Source: Hydrolagus affinis
Lineage: Eukaryota
Reading direction: 5' to 3'
Assembly: GCA_012026655.1 (NCBI GenBank)
Contig: JAAILG010000289.1
Span: 1 to 64,000 of the forward strand
Length of the DNA stretch: 64,000 nt
Shown piece after piece: positions 39,601 through 50,877 of the stretch; positions within the stretch are counted from its first letter, which is position 1; each line of letters opens with the position of its first letter. Both the position numbers and the translations under genes were made by a program. The notes beneath the pieces are model-generated. The model worked only from the letters and a program-made list of their open reading frames with translations. It had not been told where the DNA came from and ran no database searches.

Positions 39601-42600
39601 GTGGTCCTGGGTTTGATCTCTGGACGCCTCCCACGTATTGCGTGTAATTTTTGATTGACACCATCGTGGTATGTGAGCAGGTTGTGGTCTACTTACTGTG
39701 ACCAGGCCTGTGATCGTGTGCTGTAGGGTTTTCAGCTCTTCCAGCATGGCCTCTCCTATTACCGCAGTGAAATCGGGAGAGCTGCTCCACTCAACTGCAG
39801 AGAGAGAGAGAGAGAGAGAAAGAATCAGCACACAGAGAGACACCCTGTAAAGTCAGCATCAGAGATAACATCTGGGAAAAAGTCATTCAATTGCCAGATG
39901 CGTACAAACATAGTCACTACACTTTACAATCAAACCTAAGCTGTTCTTCGAGACAATTTATTATTGTTGAGATGCTTCGATGATGTGATACGGCATGGTA
40001 TCAAATGCCACCATTTTTTTATTATCATGGTATCACACAACGTTTCCTGACCTTGCCTCTTTACGTGCTTAATCGATGAACTTTGTGGTATATAAACGTT
40101 CAGAGAAATGTTTTGGGAGCTTCTGCTTATGGATTCCAACTATACAGGCTGCAGGCTTGAATTCCAGACTGCTGAGTTAACTGATCTCAGCCCATCGAGA
40201 GGTTGGGGCCACAATTGGCTTTGGCATTAGGGAATTGGAAAATCAGCCAATTCCTGGGTTCCTGCTTTTGATCATTATCCAGAGCCCAGCATATACATGG
40301 ATGTTGGGTGGGGATAAGATTGAGCTTGGCTCATGATACTGACTCTTCTCATCCATCAAACATAGCAACTTGGATGAAAAAAATAAGGTGCTCGTCAAAC
40401 CTCACTCTGGAATGAGTCAATATCAGGAGAGGGGGAAAAAAAATCATTGTAGGAGCTTCATTTATTAAAATCACATGTAAATTGAAATGAAGCCTCCTTA
40501 CCTTTGTATTTTGTGACCACGGCCGAGTTGAAACTGAAAGGCTCCTGGAAGGCGAGATGCAGAGAGGAGCTGCTAGCAACAGATAGCTGGACATTGGCTG
40601 GGGCTTCGGGAGCTCCTGTGAGTCCAGGACGAGAATAGTAATTAGTATGGGAACTGCTCATTTGAGACTTCTTGGTCAAGTTCCGAAACCCATCAAAGTG
40701 CAAACAAAGTCGGTGGAGTTTTGGTTTGTTGCAAATTTGACAGCTATCAGCCATAACATTTTGAACTTCTTAACACCTTTTGTGAATACCACAAATTAGA
40801 CACAGTTGTGGGGTTTCCAGCAAATTACAGTAGGGCACAATACATGCATGGTGAAACACTCGGTGTCACAGCTGCTGGTTTCTAAAGCATTCACTTCACC
40901 CACTGGCAAGTTCCCAAACATTTAGAGATCCATCAGATAATTAATCTTTGTAAGCAATTTTGCAGGCAAGAAAGTAATCAAAGAATCAAGAAGCAAAGGA
41001 ATGTCAGATAGCTGAAGAAGAGCCTTGAGCCATCTCGCAACCCATCCAATTCCCCGCAAGATTCCTTCAATGTATCAAATCTGATTATCGACATTTTGTT
41101 TATTCTCAGTCGAAATGCTGCAGGTAAGCGAAGACGAGGCGACTCCATTCAGGAGGAAGGGTGAGGATCCCACGCCAGAACCATGCTTCATTCAAGGTGC
41201 AGTGACATTCGTGTTTCCACTGAGATATCTCTGGCTAGAGGCAGCTTAACATTTGGGATAGAGGTGGGGGAGAGTTGCAAGCTGAGTGCACAGGCTGTGT
41301 GGATGCACAGGCTGTTGGGGAGGATGGGCTGCAGGCTCTTAATGATGGGTCCTTGCTACTCACGTGCATGCTCAAAGCCTGCTTTCATGCGTTTGAAGAG
41401 CCGGTAGTGCCATTCCCAGGCCTTTAGTTGCTTCTCCTTTTCTGTACAGTCAGCGTTGGGAGCCTCATTCACGACCTGCGCGGTCAGCTCGTTCACACGC
41501 TGCTCAGCCTCTCTCACCAGCGTCGTCAGATGCAACGCCCTGCTCTCCAAACTCACAACTGGAAGGAACAGGTCAACATTAGCTACAGCTCTTCAGTCCT
41601 TTGCGTTGAACTCTGGCAAATATCACGCACTCTCTCTCTCTCCCTTCCCTTCTGTACTAGCTCAACCTGGAAATTTCACAGAGAATCACAGCAATTCACC
41701 CCCAAAATGTGCAGCAAAATTACACTCCTGCCCAATCCCTAAAATATCAGCTATAAATTCCAATAAAGCTTTGTAATTAAATAAAATGAGGATCAAAGCT
41801 CTTGATTTGATTTGTTTTTCAAGTCCAACACAGACTCAGAGGTCCTACATACACTGGTTGCTTCCTTAGCAATGCAAAGGAAAATGCTCGTATCACCTAT
41901 GCCTTCACAACAGGGAATTCCAGTATTACAAATTTAACTGGAAAGATCACTATTTTTTATCAATCAGGGACATTGGAGACGATTTCCCTTAACCTATATA
42001 TTTGTTTTGGTTACACATCCCATAAAGAAAAAGTCTCTTTAGTAATAGTGAAACATGGCTCATCAGTAATGGAATCGATAATGAGATATGGCTGATCAGC
42101 AATAGTGCTTGTGGTGAGATTTATGTGCAGTTAATTAAGCTGATTTCATAAAGTTGTGGGCCAGAAGGTTTCTGAGTGAGAAAGTTGTGGGTTCAAGCCC
42201 CACATTGGGTCTTGGAACTCATATATTGTAAGCTGATACTTCAGTGCAGTGCTGGAAGTGCTGTCCTTTGGAGGAGACATTAAACCCATCTGCCTGTTCA
42301 TGTGAACATTCAAGATCCTATGGCACTATTGGAAAAGAGTAACGAATTTCTCCAAGTCTTCTAGCTAATAATCCCTTAATAAAATTGCTTGTCCACTGCA
42401 TAGCCGTTTATGGGACATTGCTGCGTGCAATTGGCTGCTGCGTTCACTCAGACATCACACAGTCACTGCACTGTACAGTATATCCTGTGATGCGCTTTGG
42501 GATACCATCTCGATGTGAAAAGTATTATACCGAACGCAAGATTATTTATAATATTAATTACGTTTCCATTTGAGCTAAGGAAGCATCACTCAAAAGAAGA

Positions 42601-44159
42601 ATAGGATGGGACTCACAGTGTGGGCTCTCCTTAGCTCCAGCCTGCAGTAGCATCTTGGCCATGGGTACATTGTTGGTCATGATGGCGATATCAAGCGGCA
42701 TCAAGCCCTCACTGTTGGGCGTGTTTAAATCCAGCTCCTCTGCGCTGTAGAGGTTTAAGAGCATCTGGGCTGTATCAAGGTCCTGCTGTTCTACTGCCTC
42801 AAACAAAGCTTCATTACTGTGAAAATTCTACAAAAGGAAAAAAATGAAACAATGTTTTTCTCTCCCGCCTAAATTTTCATCTAGTATTTGTTTTAACGTA
42901 GTAAAACACGACTGCTGGGTGGTGGCCTCTGTCAGCCCCCATGCGTAGCTCTGCTGTCATCACTTAATGCTGTAATTGGTTCAGACACACATATCAGGTT
43001 TCATTGCACCAGCTGCCCGTTAGCACACAGAAGCCCCTGCCATCCACTCACCGGCACCTCCCACACTGCAAACAAAGGCCAAGCCCCAGCACAGGGATTG
43101 AACTTGATACAGCACCTTGAAGAATTGGTTTGTTACTTTTCTATTTGTTTAGCCTGCCCACATCACATCTCTGGGTCTATCTACAGTTACACGTGAAACT
43201 AGATATGCTGGAAGACGTCTCAGCTCAATGCCACCCAGCACTCATCGGCTATTCTGATTGCTGGGAGAGCTCAGAGCACCAGGCTACATTCTGTCTTGCG
43301 TGCCGTTACTTTGTTGGACATGTGCCAGGAATGGCAGCAGCAATGGGTGCAGGCAACATTTCTTCACAGAGGTTGTGACAATGTGGATTGCATGGCTCCA
43401 GAGGGACACAGGCGGAATCAATTGGGATGTTTAAATGTTAATGGTAGATATCTGGAAAGTTAGGGACTTAACACCACAGAGACGATAAGGGCAAATTGGA
43501 CTGAAATATCTGCTGTCTTGATCTAATAAAAGTGGTTGAAGAGACTCAAGGGGCTATTTGGCTATCTTCTTAACCCCAACCACCAGGCAATGTCAGTCTC
43601 GCAAATGATACTCCGATCACAAATGATTTAAGATTCATTTAGAGACGTGAACGGGCCCCAAATATGGCACCCAGATATATAAATCCAGATATTTAAATCG
43701 TTTAAATCCACAACTGTTTGTGGGACACTACTGTGCGCAATTGGCTGCTGCATTACGCCCACAAATATACAATCAATTCACTTTACGGTATATTCTGTGA
43801 AGCGCTTTGAAACGTCTAGAAGACGTGAAAAGCGCTATATCAAATGCAAGGATAATGAGTATTATTTTGAGGATACTGTATATAGAATGTGTTGTGTTAT
43901 ATCTACGCAAGAACCTGCACTTGGAACCTCATTGTGCGGTGTCTCGCAGAGTTATAACTTCCCAAATTCTTACCACACAGGACTTCCGCTGCTTGTTCTT
44001 TTCATTTCTCCCCATCAAGCTTGTCTCGTCGAACGAGGTATAATTGACCTTGAACTTCCCTGAAAGGTTTCTGTACAACCTTTTTGCTGCGTTTGGGGAG
44101 GAAGGCATTACCAACTTCTTCCCATGAGCCAGCTGGAGATCACGCATTTGCTGCGTCAT
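18366..44159 (-). CDS. ANKFN1: ANKFN1-like (Nmf9/Wide-awake family) gene, 18 coding exons, about 1136 aa: ankyrin repeats, FN3, conserved WAKE regions and C-terminal RA-like domain
   Basis: Exons joined by hand with GT-AG boundaries and matching phases total 3411 nt. Peptides closely match recalled ANKFN1 motifs (SPNAAKRLYRNLS, FEAVEQQD, LDIAIMTNNVP, AYNMKGWGP, QDFLWFTK, GLYLGYLKLCSSVDQI, WREMRWIMD). Probably the -like paralog. Start codon 44159 is provisional because upstream exons are possible. Confidence 0.93.
20240..20730 (-). mobile_element. Old CR1-type RT fragment
   Basis: Minus strand ggcaactacagccaatcagcctcacttcaatcg gives a frameshifted NYxPISLTS motif. Interrupted by short retroposon tails. 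Confidence 0.55.
21060..21630 (+). mobile_element. Fragmented L2 LINE 3' portion
   Basis: WMIANFLQLNINKTEALLIG, HLRNIARL and SFKEHLKIFLF motifs, then the L2 terminal tail. Confidence 0.8.
22429..23117 (-). CDS. ANKFN1: ANKFN1-like exon 17, long low-complexity region and start of RA-like domain (DSHGISDEDGSSEVFL...SLRVYPEYQTGLSKETSVK)
   Basis: Acceptor ttttccccag, donor gtatgc. 689 nt, phase 1 to 0. Contains SDYDSS and SAPDVL motifs. Confidence 0.92.
23715..23870 (+). mobile_element. SINE 3' portion with L2-derived (TAT)n tail; representative of more than 15 copies (e.g. 6753, 9558, 18720, 22037, 28760, 29627, 31838, 43710, 45535, 48235, 59920, 63000)
   Basis: Recurrent consensus cacaaatatacagtcaattcactttacagtatattctgtgaagcgctttgagacgtctagaagacgtgaaaagcgctatatcaaatgcaaggattattatt. 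Confidence 0.85.
23885..24095 (-). CDS. ANKFN1: ANKFN1-like exon 16 (QMEEIWREMRWIMDVLQYARYKQP...RKHNS)
   Basis: Acceptor tcttttag, donor gtaagc. 211 nt, phase 0 to 1. Confidence 0.94.
24431..24597 (-). CDS. ANKFN1: ANKFN1-like exon 15 (VHFFTYDKAFISQYC...QVQDFMQ)
   Basis: Acceptor cttttcag, donor gtaagc. 167 nt, phase 1 to 0. Confidence 0.94.
28056..28221 (-). CDS. ANKFN1: ANKFN1-like exon 14 (AREFRLYSQEVLEFGDNVSFLLLLPPSDDVCTAPGQNN...LQIFEL)
   Basis: Translated by hand. Acceptor ctcactag, donor gtgagg. 166 nt, phase 0 to 1. Confidence 0.95.
29794..29944 (-). CDS. ANKFN1: ANKFN1-like exon 13 (DEWEWLQNL...IGIPLYQ)
   Basis: Acceptor tcccccag, donor gtatgc. 151 nt, phase 2 to 0. Confidence 0.94.
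31173..31339 (-). CDS. ANKFN1: ANKFN1-like exon 12 with the family motif GLYLGYLK (EKLAYHKRSNQALTPGLYLGYLKLCSSVDQI...NPNIS)
   Basis: Translated by hand. Acceptor cgtttag, donor gtaata. 167 nt, phase 0 to 2. Confidence 0.95.
31945..33250 (-). mobile_element. CR1 LINE 3' fragment (about 1.3 kb) in intron 11
   Basis: FQKTFDKVPHKRL...IQNWLGDRKQRV RT motifs. The catagaatcatag repeat at 31945 is the CR1 3' terminal microsatellite. Confidence 0.85.
33372..33587 (-). CDS. ANKFN1: ANKFN1-like exon 11 (GLLGTQDLGQVYFEPMKDKHGN...LLLTLH)
   Basis: Acceptor ttcactag, donor gtatgt. 216 nt, phase 0 to 0. Confidence 0.94.
33803..34050 (-). mobile_element. L2 LINE 3' end, about 30 nt downstream of the exon 10 donor
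   Basis: LWISIPQSLRLAPSLTSFKAGLKTLLF followed by a (TTG)n tail. Similar copies at 51134-51300, 52085-52330, 60400-60800 and 63185-63480. Confidence 0.85.
34080..34199 (-). CDS. ANKFN1: ANKFN1-like exon 10 (VSCMWEDSRWLRQ...AVAQLQ)
   Basis: Acceptor tgactcag, donor gtgagc. 120 nt, phase 0 to 0. Confidence 0.94.
35428..35560 (-). CDS. ANKFN1: ANKFN1-like exon 9 (GLYLTAIFYKGEDIL...QDFLWFTK)
   Basis: Acceptor tgttacag, donor gtaaag. 133 nt, phase 2 to 0. Confidence 0.95.
36730..36829 (-). CDS. ANKFN1: ANKFN1-like exon 8 (NSKIHPQGRKHSMSKSLKHLFQPTSKFVKNLK), basic NLS-like segment
   Basis: Acceptor tatctag, donor gtaagc. 100 nt, phase 1 to 2. Confidence 0.93.
38402..38509 (-). CDS. ANKFN1: ANKFN1-like exon 7 (NWRECVGKESRARGQTEALDQLL...CICH)
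   Basis: Acceptor ttttcccag, donor gttagt. 108 nt, phase 1 to 1. Follows a 92-nt intron. Confidence 0.92.
38602..38692 (-). CDS. ANKFN1: ANKFN1-like exon 6, FN3 end (GVPYYVHVAAYNMKGWGP...AAPS)
   Basis: Not in the ORF track; translated by hand. Acceptor tcactcag, donor gtaagt. 91 nt, phase 0 to 1. Confidence 0.94.
39697..39794 (-). CDS. ANKFN1: ANKFN1-like exon 5, FN3 (VEWSSSPDF...TITGLVT)
   Basis: Acceptor (ct)n-gcag, donor gtaagt. 98 nt, phase 1 to 0. Confidence 0.94.
39799..39818 (-). repeat. (CT)n microsatellite forming the polypyrimidine tract of exon 5
   Basis: (AG)10 on the plus strand, immediately next to the acceptor at 39795. Confidence 0.9.
40502..40615 (-). CDS. ANKFN1: ANKFN1-like exon 4, FN3 start (APEAPANVQL...VVTKYK)
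   Basis: Acceptor ctcacag, donor gtaagg. 114 nt, phase 1 to 1. Confidence 0.94.
41364..41558 (-). CDS. ANKFN1: ANKFN1-like exon 3 (VSLESRALHL...KAGFEHA)
   Basis: Acceptor cttccag, donor gtgagt. 195 nt, phase 1 to 1. Confidence 0.95.
42165..42550 (+). mobile_element. Near full-length Deu-domain SINE
   Basis: B-box-like gggttcaagcccc, Deu-domain-like core gtgctgtcctttggaggagacattaaacc...aagatcctatggcactatt, then the family 3' tail. Deu fragments also at about 8070, 24710 and 54910. Confidence 0.7.
42617..42827 (-). CDS. ANKFN1: ANKFN1-like exon 2, ankyrin repeats (NFHSNEALFEAVEQQD...GAKESPH)
   Basis: Acceptor ttttgtag, donor gtgagt. 211 nt, phase 0 to 1. Confidence 0.95.
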
Positions 44160-44175
44160 CTTGGGAGATGAAGAC
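43974..44175 (-). CDS. ANKFN1: ANKFN1-like coding exon 1 (SSSPK-MTQQMRDLQ...KQRKSCV); ATG at 44159
   Basis: Acceptor ctttggcag, donor GTG|gtaaga. ATG has A at -3. Ends in phase 0. Confidence 0.9.
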
Positions 44176-47100
44176 CTGCCAAAGGAGCAACATTAGAATC
44201 AGTTACTTCAGACACAAAGTTTCGACCATTTACTCTGGACAGTATTGCCCCTTGTCCACTCTGTTCCAAGGTGCCATTGAGTTCAAGCAACAACAACAAA
44301 ATTACATTTGTAAAACACCTTTCACGTCGGGAGGACATCCCAAGGCACCAAACAATCTCTAAGTTTTACAGAAGGATAACTGCTTGTTTTAGAGAACACA
44401 ATGAGAGTTCTCTCCTTATTGTTTCCTTCACCTTTAAACCTGTTGAAGATGTCTAAATAGTTTTTGAAAACCAAGTCAAAACCAATACAATTGGCTCCTT
44501 TGCTACATGAGTAGCATTCACATTTGGCACATATGATAATGCAGACGATGATGGTTGGCATGTGCTCGATGGAGGAAGAAGTAGGTACAATCCATTTACT
44601 TCTCTATCCTTTGAACTTTGGAAGAAAGTGTGACCTGTGGATGCTGGGTGTGAGAGCGAAGAACTGTACCATGTGAAAATTAAAATGGATTCAACAACAA
44701 CAAAATTACACTTGTATAGTGCCTTTCATGTCAGGAGGACATCCCAAGGACTCAATACCTTTCAGAGGGGACGAAAGAACTGCAAAATATTGTTCAATAA
44801 AACAGACAACTGCTTATAATAGTTTATTTTCCACAAAATAATTGTACAGAATAAAAAGGGTTTCAACCCGTTAGTTCAAGTGTCAAATATGTGACTATCC
44901 ATACAATGCGTGAATGGGAATAACTGAGGCAAATAAAGCTCTGAACGTACCTTCAACCTGTCATTTACCTGCCTCTTCAATGGTAGGAAATAAGTGGCAG
45001 AACTGTACTTAGATAATGGTGAGGGCACTGGAATAACATCGCTACAGACTATGTCAGTGCACTGGGCTTGGAGCAGTTACTGTGTGATAATGCAGCGAGG
45101 CAATCGATAATACAGACTGGGTGGGAGGAGTTGCTGAACGATAGTGACAGTTGGATTAACCTTAGTGTTAGTCAGTAATAAAGGTGCTGCCTTTGAGGAG
45201 GTAGTGCCTGGGAGGGATCTGGATTAACATCAGTTGAGACAATAACTAAGCATGCACTGTACATGTTTTTCCAGCTGCTTTACTCTGTCAATTCAGTGGC
45301 TTTTCCAAGCCAGGAATCCCAATGACATCAGCAGCACTTGCTGCCTATAAAACATGGGCAGAGCAAATAAAAAAAATCTGACAAGAAATCAAGAGCTACT
45401 TGTAAACCCATTCTTAAAAGGTGTCTGTTGGTATTTGAATCCTGTCATTACCTCCAGCACTGCTTCAGTGAGAGTGCAAGCAGCTAAAGCAGTCACATCA
45501 GTTCCTTGTCTGCTTACTACCATCATGTTTCACCCTCAAAATACACAGTCAATTCACTTTACAGTATATTCTATGAAGCGCTTTGAGACATCTCAATGAC
45601 ATAAGGCTTTATATCAAATGCAAGGATCAGGCATGGGCCCATTGCTGCATGCTCACAGCAAGTCAGCCTGTTATACTTGTGTCCTGACGTAAGGATGCAA
45701 AACGTTGATCCCTGAAAGTAATTCAATTTCACCTAATTCAATCCCATAAATCACAGAGGAACGCCTGAATAATCCAAGACAGTAAATGTAACAGCAGTTA
45801 TTGAGGAAAACCTTTACACTTATTTTGAAAGAAGTGATATTTCTTGGTTGGCTAACTTTTAAGTAAACTGCAAATGTGTGCCAAACCGGGCAGAATATCA
45901 GGCTTTATTAGCACACAAATTGCTTATAGCCGCAGACAAATTCCCTTACGCTCAAAACTATTTGTGAAAGAAATAACAAATGGCGCTAGTTAGGAACCTA
46001 TTCTAAGACATCAGGAGGACATTTCCACTGCAAAGTCTCATAGTAAAAAAAAAGGGAGTGCTTAACAGCAGGTCAGACCTGGCGTCAGTGAGCTTAACAA
46101 AGGGGCAGATGTCGCAGCCTCGCCACAGCAGTGACAGTAGTGAACAGCAGAGGTTCCTCCGCAAAGCTTGGGGGCTCCAGCAGAGGCGGGGACTGGGAAG
46201 CCTGGAATGTTTGTGTGCAGCTTATTTTCTGTTCATCTTGTACAGAATCATTTCGCAGCGATTCCAAAATTACTGTGAAACTTTCTGCTCTATCGAGCAT
46301 TAGCAAAACCAACAGTTTGTACAAATTCTAGCCAGCGAAAAACAGATGTAAAATTAATGTCAGGCTATAATTTGAATATGCCTACGTGAAGTGCACTCAA
46401 TCTAATTTCACTATGTAAATATGTACATATTAAAAATCAAACGGAGCAGGAAGTTGAGTTGAAGGGTTTTCTTTAAGTGAGTAATTGTTTACTGCAACAA
46501 ACCTTCATCTTCCCAGTGGGTTACGCTTTTTAAAACTGTAATCTGTGAAATGTGATTTATCATGAGCTGCTGTACTGTACTGTGTTCATACTTAATCACT
46601 ATCCAGGCTCAAATCTCAGGTTTCCAACTGTACAAAAGATGAGATAAATCAGGAAGTGGAGGTTTAATGGGATGTCAAGCTTAGGGTGTAAATGCCTGTA
46701 GGTTGTAGGGAAGATAAGGAACATGAAGAGTGCTACAGTTTTGAGGTCCAAGAAGAGAATGGGTTGGTACCAAAAACAGTAAGATGAGGCTCGATTGTAC
46801 CTCCACGAATATCCTGCAAGGAGTTAGAGCATTAATCAAGAAAATGAGAGGAATAAGAGGGAAGACCAGAGGAGCAGTGATCAGAGTATAGCCAGAATAG
46901 AGAAAAGGAAAAGTCGGAGGCTGGAGAGATAAGAGAAACATGTCTTGACAGACAAGCCTTTATTATCCCTGAGTAAGTACAGAAGCAACCAAAATAACTA
47001 CAGCTCTTAGCATGCTGTGCGAAGGGTCAAAGGGAGTCGGGCTCCCTTTTGAAATGAGGAGACACAAGTTGATCCGATAGAAGGTTTAAAGATTACCTAT

Positions 47101-48085
47101 CAACAGTGACACATGTGCAGTAATATTGTCAAAAGTGAGACGTAATCACCGTAATTATTGATGGAGAGACACGTCTGTACCTCGACAGCGATTGTGGTGG
47201 GACACGTCTGTACAGTAATAGCTCGAACAGTGAGCCATGTATATTGGTGGCACTCACATGCTGCTCCCTGGTTCATTAGCAATGACCCCCCAATGTAAAA
47301 GGTGAGACTGAAGCACAGTAACAGTGACTGCTGCTTGATCAGCTGGCTCCGGGCACTTATTCCTTTGCAGTGTGACACTGGGAATGTCACAGCATGCGGG
47401 GTTACGTGCTGACATTTGTTATGTGGATTATCACATTTCACTAAGGTCAACGCAACGATGCAGCGGCAGATTCACTCTGTTTTCAACTAAAACAAATAGA
47501 AGTTTGTTGGCCAGGTTATAAGCTATGATGCTTTTAAAACCTAAGCTGGCTCAGGCTTTACTCTTAAAATTCTGAATTATCATAAATGCGAAGAAGTGAG
47601 TGAAATTGCACATTCGTTGCTTACACTGGAGCTACTGAAGATGTTGGAATCATCTTTGAATTAATGTACACAAATAGATTTAGGATGAAAGTAACGACAG
47701 TACTATTTCCACGTGAAATACTGTCAGTGAAACTCTTCAACCATCTTAGGAAAACCTATGGAGCATTTTTGAGAGATCTTGCGGACTTGATAAGACACTA
47801 TATCAAATTCAAACTGGGTTCAGTTGGTAGCAATCTCATTGCTGGGTTATAAAGTTGGGACTTTCAACTTGGTCTCGAGGCTGACAATCCAATGTGGTGC
47901 TACAAGAGCACTCCACTATTGTAAGTGTCACGCCTCACATCCATGACCACAGTGGGAATCATATGACTATGTAGGCCATGTTTTTGCTCACTGGGCCATT
48001 CGTGGAGCAGGTTAAAATCCATAATGCTTATTCAGTCACAATCAGAAACTCAAATAGAATGTGACTCCTGTACGTCAGTGTTGGG

Positions 48086-48157
48086 AGTACTGTAGCTCAG
48101 TGGTAGAGCAATCGCCCCACAAGTAAGAGACCTAGGTTCGATTCCCGGCAACGAACT
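48086..48157 (+). pseudogene. tRNA-shaped relic (pseudo-tRNA or tRNA-derived SINE head); nominal anticodon CAC (Val)
   Basis: A box TAGCTCAGTGGTAGAGC with a perfect D-stem, B box GGTTCGATTCC and canonical arm spacing. Acceptor and anticodon stems are mismatched and U33 is missing. Confidence 0.65.
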
Positions 48158-50821
48158 TTAGGCAATTTTCATTACTCCACATGCCTGATAATAATCACTC
48201 AAGAAAAAAAAAAAAATTGGTTAGTTCAATCCAGTTTGAGGGATGTTGCTGTGTGCAATTGGCTGCCGTGTTTTGCCTACGATACACTCGATTCAATTTA
48301 CAGTGTATTCTGTGAAGCACTTTCAGTCGTCTAGAAGACATGAAAAGAGATATATTAAATGCAAGGATTATTATAGCACAGAACACCCCCTCCCCCACCC
48401 ACCCCCTTCCACCACCGAAAAAACCTACAGCTACAGTTTACTCGTTTTGTTAATACTCCTGTAATCTCTTTGATGTGCAGCAAGTTATAAGGGCAATGAC
48501 CAATGAATCTGGAGGATTGTCATAGGTTCTTCAAACATCCCCCTGAGTACTGGTAGACACATCTAACAATGCAACGTTCCCCTTGTGGATACAGAGTAGG
48601 TGGGCTGGTTGGTTGAGGCGTCCCTCGCCCCGGTGATGACTCCCAATTCTCTCTACTCTCTCCTATACATGATTCAAGAGATTTATTTGGAAAGCGCAAA
48701 ATCCAAAGCCAAAATTTCCACAGCAATAATGTCCAGCAGGGCATCTTCCCAGGGGAAGGAGCTGGTATTCCCAAGCAAGCACAATCAGTCTCTTCAAGAG
48801 CAGCCAGAGGTGTAGATTGGCAGCTTCATACAGAAACAATCTCGGAGGAAGGAAACTGTCACAGGCTTTGTTTCTATCATATCAGAACACTCCCAAACTT
48901 CCTAACAGCCACAGTTCCATTGAGTGCAATGGCACAATTCTACTGGAACATTTCAGATTGTGGATTTTGTGGCCACATATACCGTGACATTAGAATTACA
49001 GGCATGGCTTCAGGGGGTGTCTTCACGCATACGTTTGCTGGCAAAGAGCTCTGGTACGTAAGGCTGTGTGTGATACAACAGGTGCTGATCTGTGAGGCAT
49101 TGGAAACGCTGTTAATTCAAAATGTTCTGTTGCTTTCCACAAACTCTGAATGTCGGCAGTGATTTTTCATTGACGGCCAGCCAGGATTTGACGGCTTTTG
49201 CAGCATATCTAATTCGGGAGCCTCTTTGGCTTGTTTTAACGTGGCTCCGTAAGTTGCTCCATCTCCCGCCTCTTCCCACCAAGTACCATATGTCATACAA
49301 GAGCGGCCGGAGCCTGCCAGACTTCCATCTCTGCTAGAGACCATTCAATTGCTGGCAAGCCTCAGCACTGAGCCTAACCTAGGTCAGACGCCCATCCCCT
49401 TCCAGGCCCTCAGGGTGAAAGTAGCTCCAGCTGCTTTATCAGCTGTTATGAGCTTCATTGAGTACAGTGGAGGCAAGTGTCTTCTGAGTTCTCAAGAGTA
49501 GCTCCCATGTTGGCTCAGAGGTGTGGAGCTGAGCCACACAGACAGGAAGGCACATGGTCTACACTGCGCTAGCTGATCTCAATAGAGTAGCAGCAGGACT
49601 CTCTGTTAAAGGTGCTGTACATAACCTGCTAGAGATTAAAGAGAGCCAGAGTTCACCCTTGTGTGTGGGGGTTGACAAAGAACTGAATGAGGGACAGTTG
49701 ATGGATTACCATGAGGGAATGCCATAAACATGGCAACATTAATTGATTCAGGTGAAGGTAACAGGGCCAGGACATGTACAATCATATTGCAGCATAAGTC
49801 AACACCTCAAATAGAGGGGAGAGAATTCGTAGCAAAATGAATTTTCAAGATCACGGATAAGAGATTGCTTTGTGAGGTTTGTGGAGACAGGCCAACTTGC
49901 TATTGAAGACATATGTCATGCTACTGCAGCACCTTAAAAGGGAAGGAAAGTCTGGGGTAGTGTTTCTGTTCAAAGTACTTCTTCAAACCTTTAGAAGAAA
50001 CTATCCAGTACATTTAGATTGTACATGCAATCTTTGCTTTAGTTCCATCTCTGTGACTTGTTCTCAGGAATTAGGCCATTCTGGTGACATACTTTGAAGG
50101 AAGGAACCACAGTGGTTCAGTTAAGTTTTGTTGAAGTCGGTTGAATGTTTTAGCTGGAGTGGAACCTGATCCAACACTGCTCAACCTCAGGAAAATCAGA
50201 TTACACAAAAAAGTCACGGGAGAGGTTTGGATAAAGGAGGTCTTTTGGTCCATTTGATCTCAGCCTTCCGGAATACCCATCCTACCGTCTTCTCAGACAA
50301 TTGTGAACTATTTCTTAAATTAATTCAAGCAACTCTCTCCAGTAGCTAATTATTTCACATGTCCTAAACTATCTGTAACCACTCCTAGATGAGCCAGACC
50401 ATCAGCACACAACCCCTGAGGATTCATCTGTCAATGAGGGACGAAAGACCAGGATTGTTGCTACAGTTAAATTATTATTGTATAATGATATTTTCTTCTT
50501 CTGTATCTGGAGGCAGTCCACTGTACAGAAAGAACAGCCATAGACTGTACTGTCCCTTTAAATAGCTCTGTGCATTCCGCAGTCGTGCCATGGTTCTTCA
50601 TTGATGCTTCTTGATCTCTTCCTTCTCACTGTTGCTGTTAGGTGGAACTTCAGTGTTCAGACTGATTCCATGCAGGGTCTGCAAAATCAAAGCCAAAAGC
50701 AATTTTAGTCAACTGATAATGTTGCAGTTTCCAATGTTAATCCCAAAGGGGTATAGACTTCTTTTTCACAATAGCTATTCTGAGTTGCAATCCTGTTACC
50801 TCAAGGTCTGCTTAAATGTGA

Positions 50822-50877
50822 ATTAGGACTTTCTAGCAAAGACTTTGGGATTAGGAGTTTCTAGCAAAGATCTTGGG
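50822..50877 (+). repeat. 28-bp tandem duplication
   Basis: attaggactttctagcaaagactttggg followed by attaggagtttctagcaaagatcttggg. Confidence 0.85.

Noticed and set aside
48086-48157. Functional tRNA-Val(CAC) gene
   Set aside because: Acceptor, anticodon and T stems have mismatches and U33 is absent; kept only as a relic.
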